Of a stretch of DNA of 64,000 bases, positions 11,269-20,054 are shown one piece after another (position 1 is the first letter of the stretch; each line of letters begins with the position of its first letter). The position numbers and the translations under genes are program-made. The DNA lies in NCBI GenBank assembly GCA_031408175.1, contig JANOJI010000001.1, positions 492 to 64,491 on the forward strand, read 5' to 3'. The DNA comes from Ilumatobacteraceae bacterium (GTDB lineage: Bacteria > Actinomycetota > Acidimicrobiia > Acidimicrobiales > Ilumatobacteraceae). The notes under the pieces are model-generated. The model searched no databases. It was not told the origin of the DNA and was given only the letters and a program-made list of their open reading frames with translations.

Positions 11269-11307
11269 GTTATTCCCCCTTGATAAGGTGGACCCGTTGG
11301 CCCATCG

Positions 11308-11332
11308 CATACTTTATACAATCTACATATTC
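11308..11332. promoter_or_regulatory. AT-rich GTATA-core site (CATACTTTATACAATCTACATATTC) in the SBP-1 / GntR-2 divergent region
   Basis: Read directly; the reverse complement contains AGATTGTATAAAG. Confidence 0.45.
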
Positions 11333-11420
11333 CGAACGTCAATGTCCACACTCGACGTTCACCAGCCCGAAACAGGCGCCAGGAGAGGTCCCAAGTGGAA
11401 CATGCCAAGGCGAACGTGCC

Positions 11421-12107
11421 ATGACCGAATCGAAACCGACGCCATCGCTTGCCGTGCGGGTCGGCAGCGCCCATCAGCCTCTGCGTCGCGCTGTGTACGA
11501 CGAAGTCCAGCGGCGTATCGTCGACGGTCGCTTGCAACAGGGCGAACGCATCTTCGAAGACCAGTTGGCACACGAGTTGGACGTCTCCCGGAACCCGGTG
11601 CGCGAAGCATTGCAAGCGTTGGAGGCGGAAGGCTTTGTCGAGTTGGAACCACGCCGCGGGGCGCGCGTCGCGATGATCTCGACGGAGCGGGCGAACGATC
11701 TCTTCGAACTGCGAGAGGCGCTGGAGGGAATGGTCGCGCGCCTTGCCGCGCAGCGGCGCACACCGGAGCAACTGCTCGACTTGCAACGTCTCACACAACT
11801 CGGCGCCGACGCCGCCGGTGCCGGCGATGTGTCGGCGTTGCCAGCACTCAACACCGAGTTTCATCGACTCCTCTGTGACGCCGCGAACAACTCGATGCTC
11901 GCGGACACGGTCGAGCGGATGTCGCAACTCATCCAGTGGGTGTACACGAAGCGGATCACACAACGCGGCAGCGAGTCGTGGACAGAGCATCAGCGAATCG
12001 TCGACGCAATCGCTGACGGCGACGGCGATCGCGCCTTCAGCCAGGCATGCGAACACATCTCCAATGCGCGTCGCGCCTACGTCAACGACCGGCTCGCGAC
12101 CGGCTAA
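11421..12107 (+). CDS. GntR-family regulator, FCD subfamily (GntR-2)
   Basis: [42 protein letters not shown] wHTH plus FCD-like C-terminal domain. Start at the internal ATG (MTESKP...). Confidence 0.85.
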   Translation: MTESKPTPSLAVRVGSAHQPLRRAVYDEVQRRIVDGRLQQGERIFEDQLAHELDVSRNPVREALQALEAEGFVELEPRRGARVAMISTERANDLFELREALEGMVARLAAQRRTPEQLLDLQRLTQLGADAAGAGDVSALPALNTEFHRLLCDAANNSMLADTVERMSQLIQWVYTKRITQRGSESWTEHQRIVDAIADGDGDRAFSQACEHISNARRAYVNDRLATG

Positions 12108-12120
12108 TCGAGGAACGCAC

Positions 12121-12423
12121 ATGACCAAGACCTACGTCGTCAATCAGGTCGTCGTTCACGATCCGGTGCGCTATGCCGACTACGCCACCCGCGGCCGAGA
12201 CGCTGTCGTGCTGTACGGCGGTCGGATCCTCTCGGGTGGCGGACGGGTCGAAACTCTGGAGGGCGAACCAATTCCGTCGCGCGTGGTCGTGATTGAGTTC
12301 CCGAGCTACGACGCGGCCATCGCGTACTACCGGTCACCCGAGTATCAAGCTGCCAAGGCATTGCGCGGCGATGCTGCAACTGTTCGCTTCGCGCTCGTCG
12401 AGGGCATTGCCGAACCGAACTAA
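12121..12423 (+). CDS. DUF1330-family small protein
   Basis: 100 aa, MTKTYVVNQVVVHDPVRYADY...VVVIEFPSYDAAIAYYRSPEYQAAKALR is typical DUF1330. GAGGAA RBS upstream. Confidence 0.7.
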   Translation: MTKTYVVNQVVVHDPVRYADYATRGRDAVVLYGGRILSGGGRVETLEGEPIPSRVVVIEFPSYDAAIAYYRSPEYQAAKALRGDAATVRFALVEGIAEPN

Positions 12424-12427
12424 CCCG

Positions 12428-13195
12428 TCAGAAGCCGCGGACTGCTCCACCGTCGACGCGAACGACCGTGCCGGTGATGAAGCTGGCGCGCTGGCTGGCC
12501 AGGAAGACCACGACGTCGGCCAGTTCGTCGGCGCGACCAAGCCGTCCCATGGGGATCGCGGCGATGTGCTGCCTGCGGATTTCGTCGACCGATACCGACT
12601 CGCTCGCGGCGCGCGCCGTTTCAAAGCGCCCGAGCGCCGGCGTCGCGAACTGTCCGGTCACGATCACGTTGACGGTCGCGCGCGGAGCGAGTTCCAGTGC
12701 CAGCGACCTTGCTGCCGCCGTGACACCGCTGCGAAACACAGAGCTCAATGCAAGATCCGGTGAGGCCTCGACAACCGATCGAGCGGTGAGATAGATCAGT
12801 CGACCATGTTCCGTTGCGGTGACATGAGGCGCCACGGCACGGCTAACTTCCAACACGGGTCGCAACATCGCGTGGTAGGCGGCATCGTCGGCTCCGTCGG
12901 TTGCAAGGATCGATCCCGGTTTGCCGCCACCCGTGTTGACGACGCAGATGTCGAGTCCACCGAGCGCTTCCACGGCGTCAGCCACGAGACGTGCAGCGTC
13001 GCCGGCGACGGTCAGGTCGGCGACCAGTGAGGCAGCAGCGTTGATCGACTCGCGCGCCTCAAGGCTGCGATCTGCGCTGCGGCTGACAACAGCAACCTGG
13101 GCACCCTCGGCGACGAGACCGGCGGCGACTGCGCGTCCGAGGCCGCTCGACGAGCCGAGCACCAGCGCTCGACGCCCCGCCAGCATCAGGTCCAT
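12428..13195 (-). CDS. SDR-family oxidoreductase
   Basis: RRALVLGSSSGLGRAVA Rossmann motif, ~255 aa. ATG 13195 overlaps the ALDH stop (TGATG). Confidence 0.8.
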   Translation of the reverse strand: MDLMLAGRRALVLGSSSGLGRAVAAGLVAEGAQVAVVSRSADRSLEARESINAAASLVADLTVAGDAARLVADAVEALGGLDICVVNTGGGKPGSILATDGADDAAYHAMLRPVLEVSRAVAPHVTATEHGRLIYLTARSVVEASPDLALSSVFRSGVTAAARSLALELAPRATVNVIVTGQFATPALGRFETARAASESVSVDEIRRQHIAAIPMGRLGRADELADVVVFLASQRASFITGTVVRVDGGAVRGF

Positions 13196-14655
13196 CAGCT
13201 GCCCATCCAAACGGTTCGCATGATCGTGTAGAAGTCCATCACGGTCGGCCCGAGCTGCTCCTTGTGGGTACCGGTGCCCGACTGCTTGATCCCGCCGAAC
13301 GGCGCGTTGAATGCCGCACCGACGGTGGCCCGATTGATCCGCACCATTCCCGCCTGGATCTCAGCGGCGAAGTGTTGCGCGGCGCGGAGGTCACGAGTGC
13401 AGATGGCCGCCGACAACCCGTACTCGACCGAATTCGCGGATGCGATTGCATCGTCGATGCCCTCGATCCGCTCGAAACCGACGACTGGCCCGAACACCTC
13501 GCGACGACTCAGTTCCATCTCGGGTCTGGCGTCCGACAACACCGTCGGAGAGAAGTAGCAACCGTGTGCGTACTGGTCGCCCGCCGGTCGCGTGCCGCCA
13601 CATGCAACTCGAGCTCCGTCTCTCACAGCTTGAGCGACCGCCCACTCCATCCCCGTCACAGCACTCTCGTCGATCAGCGGGCCCATCGTGATGCCCGACT
13701 GGTCTCCTGGGCCGATCGCATAGGCGTTGGCCAAGGCGACGACACGCTCGATGAGTTCGTCGTAGACACTCGTATCCACAAGGATGCGCCCTGCACCGGT
13801 GCAGGCCTGCCCGGAGAGGCTGAAACTCGATCGAGCAACGATGGATGCAGCGGCGTCCAGATCGGCGTCGGCAAGGACGATCACGGGGTTCTTGCCGCCG
13901 AGCTCCAACTGCACGCGGCGACCGACACCGATCGCTGCATGGATCTTGGAACCGGTCGCGTTCGAACCGGTGAAGCTGATCGCACCGACCCGCTCGTCTG
14001 ACACGAGGTGCGCACCCGCAGCGAATCCATGCACGACGTTGAGGACACCCGGTGGCAGACCCGCGTCGATGAAGGCAGCAGCCAAACGATCCCCCATCAG
14101 CGGCGTCATCGGCGATGGCTTGAACACCACAGTGTTGCCTGCCGCGAGCGCGGGACCGATCTTGCGGCTGGCCAGGTTGAGGGGAAAGTTCCACGGCGTG
14201 ATGACTCCGACCACGCCGACCGGATCGCAGACCGAGTACACCAGCGGCGTGTCGTCACTGGGGAACGTCGCACCCGTCAGCCGGTAGGCCTCGCCGGCGT
14301 ACAGCTCGAGGTTGCGCGGCGTTCGGCTCGATTCATTCTTTGCGTCGGCCAGCGGCTTGCCCTCCTCGGCCACCATTTCCGCAGCGATGGAATCGCCTCG
14401 CTCGGCGAGCAGCCGGGCAGCCCCGGTCAACAACTCGGCGCGTCGACTCGGTGTCGTGCGTCGCCATTCAACACTCGCCTCGCTCGCTGCGTCGACTGCC
14501 GCCTGCACATCCGCAGGCGTGCTTTCCGGTGCGACCGACACCACGTGGCGTATGTCCGCCGGATTGCGCCGAACGAACTCGGCGCCGTCTGCTGCCGGAC
14601 GGAGGTCACCGCCGATTCGATTGTGTACTGGTGTCGATGAACCGATGGCGGCCAC
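13195..14655 (-). CDS. Aldehyde dehydrogenase family protein
   Basis: VQLELGGKNP and SGQACTGAGR (catalytic Cys) motifs. GTG start 14655 gives ~486 aa; the ORF-track N-terminal extension is Ser/Arg-rich shadow. Confidence 0.85.
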   Translation of the reverse strand: MAAIGSSTPVHNRIGGDLRPAADGAEFVRRNPADIRHVVSVAPESTPADVQAAVDAASEASVEWRRTTPSRRAELLTGAARLLAERGDSIAAEMVAEEGKPLADAKNESSRTPRNLELYAGEAYRLTGATFPSDDTPLVYSVCDPVGVVGVITPWNFPLNLASRKIGPALAAGNTVVFKPSPMTPLMGDRLAAAFIDAGLPPGVLNVVHGFAAGAHLVSDERVGAISFTGSNATGSKIHAAIGVGRRVQLELGGKNPVIVLADADLDAAASIVARSSFSLSGQACTGAGRILVDTSVYDELIERVVALANAYAIGPGDQSGITMGPLIDESAVTGMEWAVAQAVRDGARVACGGTRPAGDQYAHGCYFSPTVLSDARPEMELSRREVFGPVVGFERIEGIDDAIASANSVEYGLSAAICTRDLRAAQHFAAEIQAGMVRINRATVGAAFNAPFGGIKQSGTGTHKEQLGPTVMDFYTIMRTVWMGS

Positions 14656-14656
14656 G

Positions 14657-15136
14657 TCAGTCGGCCGTCGGCTTCGGCGGCTGCCAGCTGTCCCACTTCG
14701 AGAAGTCGACCGGCTTACCGAGATGCTCGAGCAGCGCTGTGATGCCGGATTTACAGCATGCGATGTCTTCGCGCGTGTGACCGCCGGAGACGCCAACGCC
14801 ACCGACCACCTCACCGTCAACTTCGATCGGCCATCCGCCGACGAAGATCGAGAATCGTCCACCGTGCATGTTCATGATGCCGAACGCCTCTTGTCCCGGA
14901 TGGGCGTTGGTGTAGGTGTGCGTCGGACGCTTGTGGCACGCCGCTGTGAAGGCCTTGTTGATCGCGATTTCCACACTGGTCGGCTTGCCGTTGTCCGGGC
15001 GCTTGATGACCAGTGGCCACCCGCCGGCGTCGCACACGCAAACAACTGTGCCGACACCAAGTTCTTTCGCAGTGGCGAGCGCGGCATCGACGACCAATTC
15101 GGCCTCGGCCATGGAGAGTCGGTTGATCTGGATCAC
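14657..15136 (-). CDS. GlcG/HbpS-like (DUF336) heme-binding family protein
   Basis: AEAELVVDAALATAKELGV...VVCVCDAGGWPLVIKRPDNGK...GGVGVSGG is typical DUF336. GTG start preceded by GGAGA, GTGA overlap with the upstream stop. Confidence 0.75.
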   Translation of the reverse strand: MIQINRLSMAEAELVVDAALATAKELGVGTVVCVCDAGGWPLVIKRPDNGKPTSVEIAINKAFTAACHKRPTHTYTNAHPGQEAFGIMNMHGGRFSIFVGGWPIEVDGEVVGGVGVSGGHTREDIACCKSGITALLEHLGKPVDFSKWDSWQPPKPTAD

Positions 15137-16101
15137 GGTGTTGTCTCCCTGATGTGTTGATGCTGACGAATGAAGTCGTGTGAGTTGTATCGCTGCCATG
15201 CAAGACCTGCGGCCGCGACGTCCTGCAACGCCACACCCTGAGTCTCGAACAGCACCGGAGCTCGACCGGCACCCTCGACGACAACAGTTCCGGCGAGCAC
15301 AGCGTGCAACTCGACGGCACGATCCCAATCGAATGCGCCGGCTCGATGCGCTTGGATCAAGTCCCCGCACTCCATTCGGCTGCCGACGACATCGTCGCAG
15401 ACCACAGTCGCGCAGCGCGCAATGACATCGGCGCCGATCTCGCGGCGGTCGTACTTGGTCGCCCCGACCGCGCAGATCAGCGCGCCGTTGCCAACCATCT
15501 CGGCTGGGAACAGCGGCGCTGTGCTGCGGGTGACGGTCACGATCACATCGGCACCATCCACCGCCGAAGCGGCACTCACCGCAGCAGTGGCCGGAATACC
15601 CACCTGGCACGCACGGTCGACCATTGTCGCAACGGCGGCGGGATTGAGATCGGCGATGCGCACCTCGTGGAGGCCAGGCAGTTCGGCAGCAAGCATCTCG
15701 AGGTGATACCAACCCTGGCGCCCGGCGCCGACGAGTGCAGCGGTCGTGCGGGGAGAACTCGGCGCATCACACAAGGTGCGGATCGCGAGGGCGCAGGCGG
15801 CGGGTGTTCGGAAGGCTGTCAGTGCGTCGCCAGCGAGAGTGCACAGCAGGTGGCCCTCGGTGTCGAACAGCACGTTGACGAAGGTGAACTTGCCGTTTGT
15901 GGTGGCATAGATCTTGCCGCCACTGAACGGTGGCACGACCGCAGCCATCGCGCTGGCCATCGCATTCGGCGTGGACGCACGGACCCGCTGCGTGGTGTCG
16001 GCTTCGCCGCGGCCCCAGGCGATGAAGGCGTCTCCGACTACCTGAGTGACACCCGCGAGGTCGAGTAGCCCTTCGATCGCGTCGTCGTCGAGATGGATCA
16101 T
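15133..16101 (-). CDS. Ornithine cyclodeaminase / mu-crystallin family protein
   Basis: 322 aa from MIHLDDDAIEGLLD. Rossmann stretch AALVGAGRQGWYHLEML and overall OCD-like layout. Confidence 0.8.
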   Translation of the reverse strand: MIHLDDDAIEGLLDLAGVTQVVGDAFIAWGRGEADTTQRVRASTPNAMASAMAAVVPPFSGGKIYATTNGKFTFVNVLFDTEGHLLCTLAGDALTAFRTPAACALAIRTLCDAPSSPRTTAALVGAGRQGWYHLEMLAAELPGLHEVRIADLNPAAVATMVDRACQVGIPATAAVSAASAVDGADVIVTVTRSTAPLFPAEMVGNGALICAVGATKYDRREIGADVIARCATVVCDDVVGSRMECGDLIQAHRAGAFDWDRAVELHAVLAGTVVVEGAGRAPVLFETQGVALQDVAAAGLAWQRYNSHDFIRQHQHIRETTP

Positions 16102-16140
16102 GCTGCGCCAATCATCCAGTCTCTCTTCGCATCTGCCACA

Positions 16141-16160
16141 GAATTGCATATTGTATCCGA
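16141..16160. promoter_or_regulatory. AT-rich GTATA-core site (GAATTGCATATTGTATCCGA) in the OCD / MFS divergent region
   Basis: Read directly. Confidence 0.5.
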
Positions 16161-16161
16161 G

Positions 16162-17325
16162 ATGCCAATCCCTGTACACGCTCCGCCGGAAGTCCGGCCG
16201 CGCTGGGGATCATTCGCTCTCGTGTGCGTCGCCTATCTGGTCGCGACCACCGGCGAACAGCTGCTATCGCCCGTGTATCCCACGGCATCGAAGGACCTGG
16301 GGCTCAGCGTCGGCCAAGGCGGCATCGTGTTCGGGCTGCTCACTGGATCGATCGCGGTGTTCAACCTGGTTGCGGGTTTGTTGCTGCGTCGGATCAGCCC
16401 CGGGACGCTGATCCGGTGCGCGGCGCTCGTCGGCGTGGCGGGTAGCGTCGCGACCGCTACCGCACACAACTTCGTTCACCTGATTGTTGGTCAGGTCGTG
16501 CTGGGTTCGAGCGCCGGGCTGTTCTTTCCGGCAGGTTTACAGGCCGTGGCATTGCTCGCCGGTCCGGCAAAGAAGGGCTTTGCAATGGGCATCTACGGCG
16601 TTGCCTTCAGCGGCGGCCTCACCCTCGCCGCGGTGCTCGGCGCGGTCGGATCCAGCTACAACTGGCGGATCTCCTTTTGGGTCGCCGCCGGGCTCGGCGC
16701 GATCGCGTTTGTCGGCGGTGCCGGCGAAGCGAAGGCCAGACCTGTGCGAGGCAGCCATTCGCGGTTCTCGTTGCGAACGGTGATGGCACTGCCTACGGCA
16801 GTGGGCACCGTGCTCGCCGTCTGTCAGTACGGTGCCATTCCGTTCCTCACCACATTCGCGGTCGTCGAGTGGGGTCTCTCTGCAACCCGCGCTGCAACCG
16901 TGCTGGTGATCGGGCGTGTCATTTCGATCGTGGCCAAAGTGGTGGGCGGCGCGAGCGCCGATCGGGTGGGCGCCAAGACCAGCGCCCGCCGCACCGGCGT
17001 CGTGTTGACGTTGACCGGCCTGGCGTGGGTCCTGCTCCCCGGTTCTCTTTTGGCGTACGGGCTCGCCGCGCTCTTTGCAGGCATGGTCAGTTCACTCGGC
17101 CCGGTCGCGAACGTGCTCGCCGTCGAACGGTTCGGCGGAGACGGCATGGCATTGGGGGCCTATCGCTCAGTGCAGATCGCGCTCGGCGCCGCAGCGAGTG
17201 CGCTGATCGGCCTTGCCGGCGACATGTTCGGTCTCAGGCCGACCTTGGCCGTGGCGACACTGACACCGCTGGCCTTGCTGTGGATCTGTCGCGAGCGCGG
17301 CAACGAGTGTGCTCCTGTGAGTTGA
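16162..17325 (+). CDS. MFS transporter
   Basis: About 12 hydrophobic segments. Start at ATG 16162 (MPIPVHAPP...). Confidence 0.8.
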   Translation: MPIPVHAPPEVRPRWGSFALVCVAYLVATTGEQLLSPVYPTASKDLGLSVGQGGIVFGLLTGSIAVFNLVAGLLLRRISPGTLIRCAALVGVAGSVATATAHNFVHLIVGQVVLGSSAGLFFPAGLQAVALLAGPAKKGFAMGIYGVAFSGGLTLAAVLGAVGSSYNWRISFWVAAGLGAIAFVGGAGEAKARPVRGSHSRFSLRTVMALPTAVGTVLAVCQYGAIPFLTTFAVVEWGLSATRAATVLVIGRVISIVAKVVGGASADRVGAKTSARRTGVVLTLTGLAWVLLPGSLLAYGLAALFAGMVSSLGPVANVLAVERFGGDGMALGAYRSVQIALGAAASALIGLAGDMFGLRPTLAVATLTPLALLWICRERGNECAPVS

Positions 17326-17334
17326 ACCGTCGCC

Positions 17335-18795
17335 TCAGACGCCGAGGGCAAGGCCGACCGTCCGCGGATCTGCAGCTGCCATCCATGGCTCGTCGGCGCG
17401 CCGAATTCGTACCACCTGCTGAGCGGACTTGCATCCCCAACGCGGCGCATCGATCATCCGCTCGACCTCGGCGCGCAGCGACTCGACCTCGGCAGGCTCG
17501 AATCCGGCCTCGATCCGCAGGCCATCGTCCTCTGGCAGCCATTCCCAGATCGGTGAGGCCACGAGCACGCCGGGATGCGTCTCCCCCGCGGCAATGCGAG
17601 CAAGCGTTTGGGCGTTCCACGGCATTTGATTGGCGCCGCCAGGCGTGGCGCCGATGAACCGGGGGCGACCGTCGATGCCGGCGACCGCCCACGCGTGCAG
17701 GGTGGTCGCCGGCCGCCGGCCCGCGCTGGGAAAGTTCGGGTGACCCGGCTCCGGGGTGAACCCGCGGCCGGCGCGATTGGCCAATGGGAGGTCGTACCCG
17801 GGGACGACGATCCCGCTGCCAAACCGGGGGAACGAGTTCGAGTGCACGACAACGACGACATTGCCGTCGCCGTCGGCGGCACTGACCATCGAGGTGCCAC
17901 TCGGGTCGGCGAGAGTGGATCGCCTCTCCGCAATAGACCTCATTACCGCACGAAGTACGTCGGCAGCCGACGCAGTTGCGTTGAGCCCTGCAACGGCGTC
18001 GAGCAGCGATGGTCCGTGCGTCGGAGCCGGCGTTGCCCAGGTCGTCACGTCTCCCTGCACCGTAGCGGCTCGACCAGCTACGCAGGGCGCCCACTCGGCT
18101 CGGGCAAAGCCGAAATCGTCGTGCTCCAGCACGCCGCCGCGCCCGCGAACCTCGGCCACCACCGCTGACCCGAGTGGTCCGTGCATGAGCTCGGCGCCGC
18201 GAACGACGAACTCTTCGAGCACTCTGGCCAGACCTGGCAGCCGAGTGATCGTGCCAGGGATGATCGGCGAGCCTCCGGGATAGTACGCACAGCCTTCCGG
18301 GTTCATCTCGCGTACCAGCGCTGCGGCTTGCCGGCTGAGGCGCGAACACACCTCTGCCCATGGGAACCCATGGGTGGCAAGATCGATGGCGGGCGCGGCG
18401 AGACGGGCGCGACCGAGACGGCCGAGGTCGACGAGTGCGGCGTAGCCCGGCGCTGCCGCCGGCGGGCCGACCGACATCGGACCCACTTCGCGCCATGTTC
18501 CGGAGCGGGCGACGTCGGAGAGCCCTGCAGGCGCTCCGCCGATCGCGAGGAGCGCGTCGGGAGCCGGAGAGTTGGCGACGAGGCGGATCGCGATCAGGTC
18601 TCCACCGAAGCCGCACTTCGGTGGGAGCAACACAGTCTCGGCCAAGGCAGCGGCCACCACTGCGTCGTAGGCATTGCCTCCGTCGCGAAGGGCCGCTGCG
18701 CCGGCCTGCGCCGCCAGTGGGGCTGCTGCGCACACGACGCCGGACCTGCCGAGGGCTGCGCATTGTTCCGCCATCACTGCAACTTCGTTCGCCAT
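17335..18795 (-). CDS. Gamma-glutamyltransferase-family (Ntn hydrolase) protein, no obvious signal peptide
   Basis: PLAAQAGAAALRDGGNAYDAVVAAAL N-terminal motif and nucleophile region SGTSMVSAADGDGNVVVVVHSNS. Start at ATG 18795 (alternative GTG 18840). Confidence 0.8.
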   Translation of the reverse strand: MANEVAVMAEQCAALGRSGVVCAAAPLAAQAGAAALRDGGNAYDAVVAAALAETVLLPPKCGFGGDLIAIRLVANSPAPDALLAIGGAPAGLSDVARSGTWREVGPMSVGPPAAAPGYAALVDLGRLGRARLAAPAIDLATHGFPWAEVCSRLSRQAAALVREMNPEGCAYYPGGSPIIPGTITRLPGLARVLEEFVVRGAELMHGPLGSAVVAEVRGRGGVLEHDDFGFARAEWAPCVAGRAATVQGDVTTWATPAPTHGPSLLDAVAGLNATASAADVLRAVMRSIAERRSTLADPSGTSMVSAADGDGNVVVVVHSNSFPRFGSGIVVPGYDLPLANRAGRGFTPEPGHPNFPSAGRRPATTLHAWAVAGIDGRPRFIGATPGGANQMPWNAQTLARIAAGETHPGVLVASPIWEWLPEDDGLRIEAGFEPAEVESLRAEVERMIDAPRWGCKSAQQVVRIRRADEPWMAAADPRTVGLALGV

Positions 18796-18861
18796 GGTCA
18801 ACGATCCCACGTCGCCAGTTGCTTCGCGGAGGTCGGGCACAAACCTGCTTGCATCATCGGA

Positions 18862-18884
18862 AATCTAGTATACAATATACGAAC
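18862..18884. promoter_or_regulatory. AT-rich GTATA-core site (AATCTAGTATACAATATACGAAC) in the GGT / di-iron-cassette divergent region
   Basis: Read directly; contains GTATAC and, on the other strand, TCGTATATTGTATAC. Confidence 0.5.
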
Positions 18885-18925
18885 TGCCGCGACCTGGCGG
18901 CGCTTCCTTCGAAAGGTACACGACA

Positions 18926-19669
18926 ATGGCCGAGTTGCTGTCCAAGCCCGAGTTCCGTACAGCACTGGAAGACGCGATCAAGGGTCGCGAAGCGAAGAAC
19001 GCCTCGTTCTCGCAGGCGTGGGCCAATGGCGAGCTCGAGCGCGAGCACTTCGCCCGTTGGGCAGAGAATCACTATCACTACGTCGGCCCGTTCGCTGACT
19101 ACCTCGGGTACATCTACTCGAACACACCCGACTACGCGACCGATGCGAAGGACTTCCTCCTCCAGAACATGTACGAAGAGGAGTTGTCCGATGTGCGTCA
19201 CACCGATCTGTTGATTCGCTTCGCCGAAGCTGCAGGCACAACCCGCGAGCGAGTGATGGACATCGACAACGCGACGGCTGTGACCCGCGGTCTGCAGGGC
19301 TGGTGCTACGCAATCGCGATGCGCGAGCACTTCGCTGTCGCCACCGCTGCTCTCGTGGTCGGTCTCGAGTCCCAGGTCCCGTCGATCTACCGCCGGCAAT
19401 ACCCGGTACTCCTCGAGAAGTACGGCTTCACCGAGGAGGAGGCCGAGTTCTTCGACCTGCACATCACATCCGACGAGATCCATGGTGAGCGTGGCTACCA
19501 AATCGTGCTCGAGCACGCGACGACGCCCGAGTTGCAGGCGCGCTGCCTCCAGTTGGTCCGTCACGGGGCGGAGGCGCGGTTCTCGTACACCAAGGCCCTC
19601 TACGACACCTACGTCGCGCCGGAACCGCCAGTTCCCGTCGGCACCCCGGTCGCACCAGCCCTCGCCTGA
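18926..19669 (+). CDS. Heme-oxygenase-like di-iron protein (CADD/PqqC/TenA-like fold)
   Basis: 247 aa all-helical. Ligand pattern E85-x6-H92 (YEEELSDVRH), E148 (GLESQ), H179-x3-D183-x2-H186 (HITSDEIH). Confidence 0.75.
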   Translation: MAELLSKPEFRTALEDAIKGREAKNASFSQAWANGELEREHFARWAENHYHYVGPFADYLGYIYSNTPDYATDAKDFLLQNMYEEELSDVRHTDLLIRFAEAAGTTRERVMDIDNATAVTRGLQGWCYAIAMREHFAVATAALVVGLESQVPSIYRRQYPVLLEKYGFTEEEAEFFDLHITSDEIHGERGYQIVLEHATTPELQARCLQLVRHGAEARFSYTKALYDTYVAPEPPVPVGTPVAPALA

Positions 19670-19691
19670 CGACCGTCGCCGCGGCCGTCCG

Positions 19692-20054
19692 ATGCCCACC
19701 ATCCACTTCTCGACAACCGGCCGCGACGTCACCTTCGCCGATGGCGACGAGGTCAACCTGCTACGCGTCGCCATCCGCAACGATTGTGGCATCCCTTTCA
19801 AATGCGCCAGTGGCAATTGCGGAACAGATCGCGTTCGAGTGGAGTCAGGCGCGGAAAACTGCTCGACCCTCCGCCGCCGCGAACGCGAACGACTAGCCGA
19901 ACTCGTCGATCAGGGCTACCGGCTCGCCTGCCAGACCTACGTCAACGGCGATGTAACCGTCGCCTGGGATCCCGACCAGATCGGCTTGGACGAGGGAAGC
20001 AAGGTCTACGACAAGCTGCGGCAAGTTTGGTTGGCCAAGGACGACTGTGGATGA
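19692..20054 (+). CDS. 2Fe-2S ferredoxin-like protein with atypical ligand spacing
   Basis: 120 aa. C32-x5-C38-ASGN-C43-GT-D46 ... LAC80Q, where the usual CxxGxCGxC third Cys is Asp. Confidence 0.7.
   Translation: MPTIHFSTTGRDVTFADGDEVNLLRVAIRNDCGIPFKCASGNCGTDRVRVESGAENCSTLRRRERERLAELVDQGYRLACQTYVNGDVTVAWDPDQIGLDEGSKVYDKLRQVWLAKDDCG

Noticed and set aside
17234-18763. 509-aa minus-strand ORF overlapping the GGT-family gene
   Set aside because: It has Arg-rich, low-complexity shadow-frame composition, and the 17335..18795 frame contains the GGT motifs.
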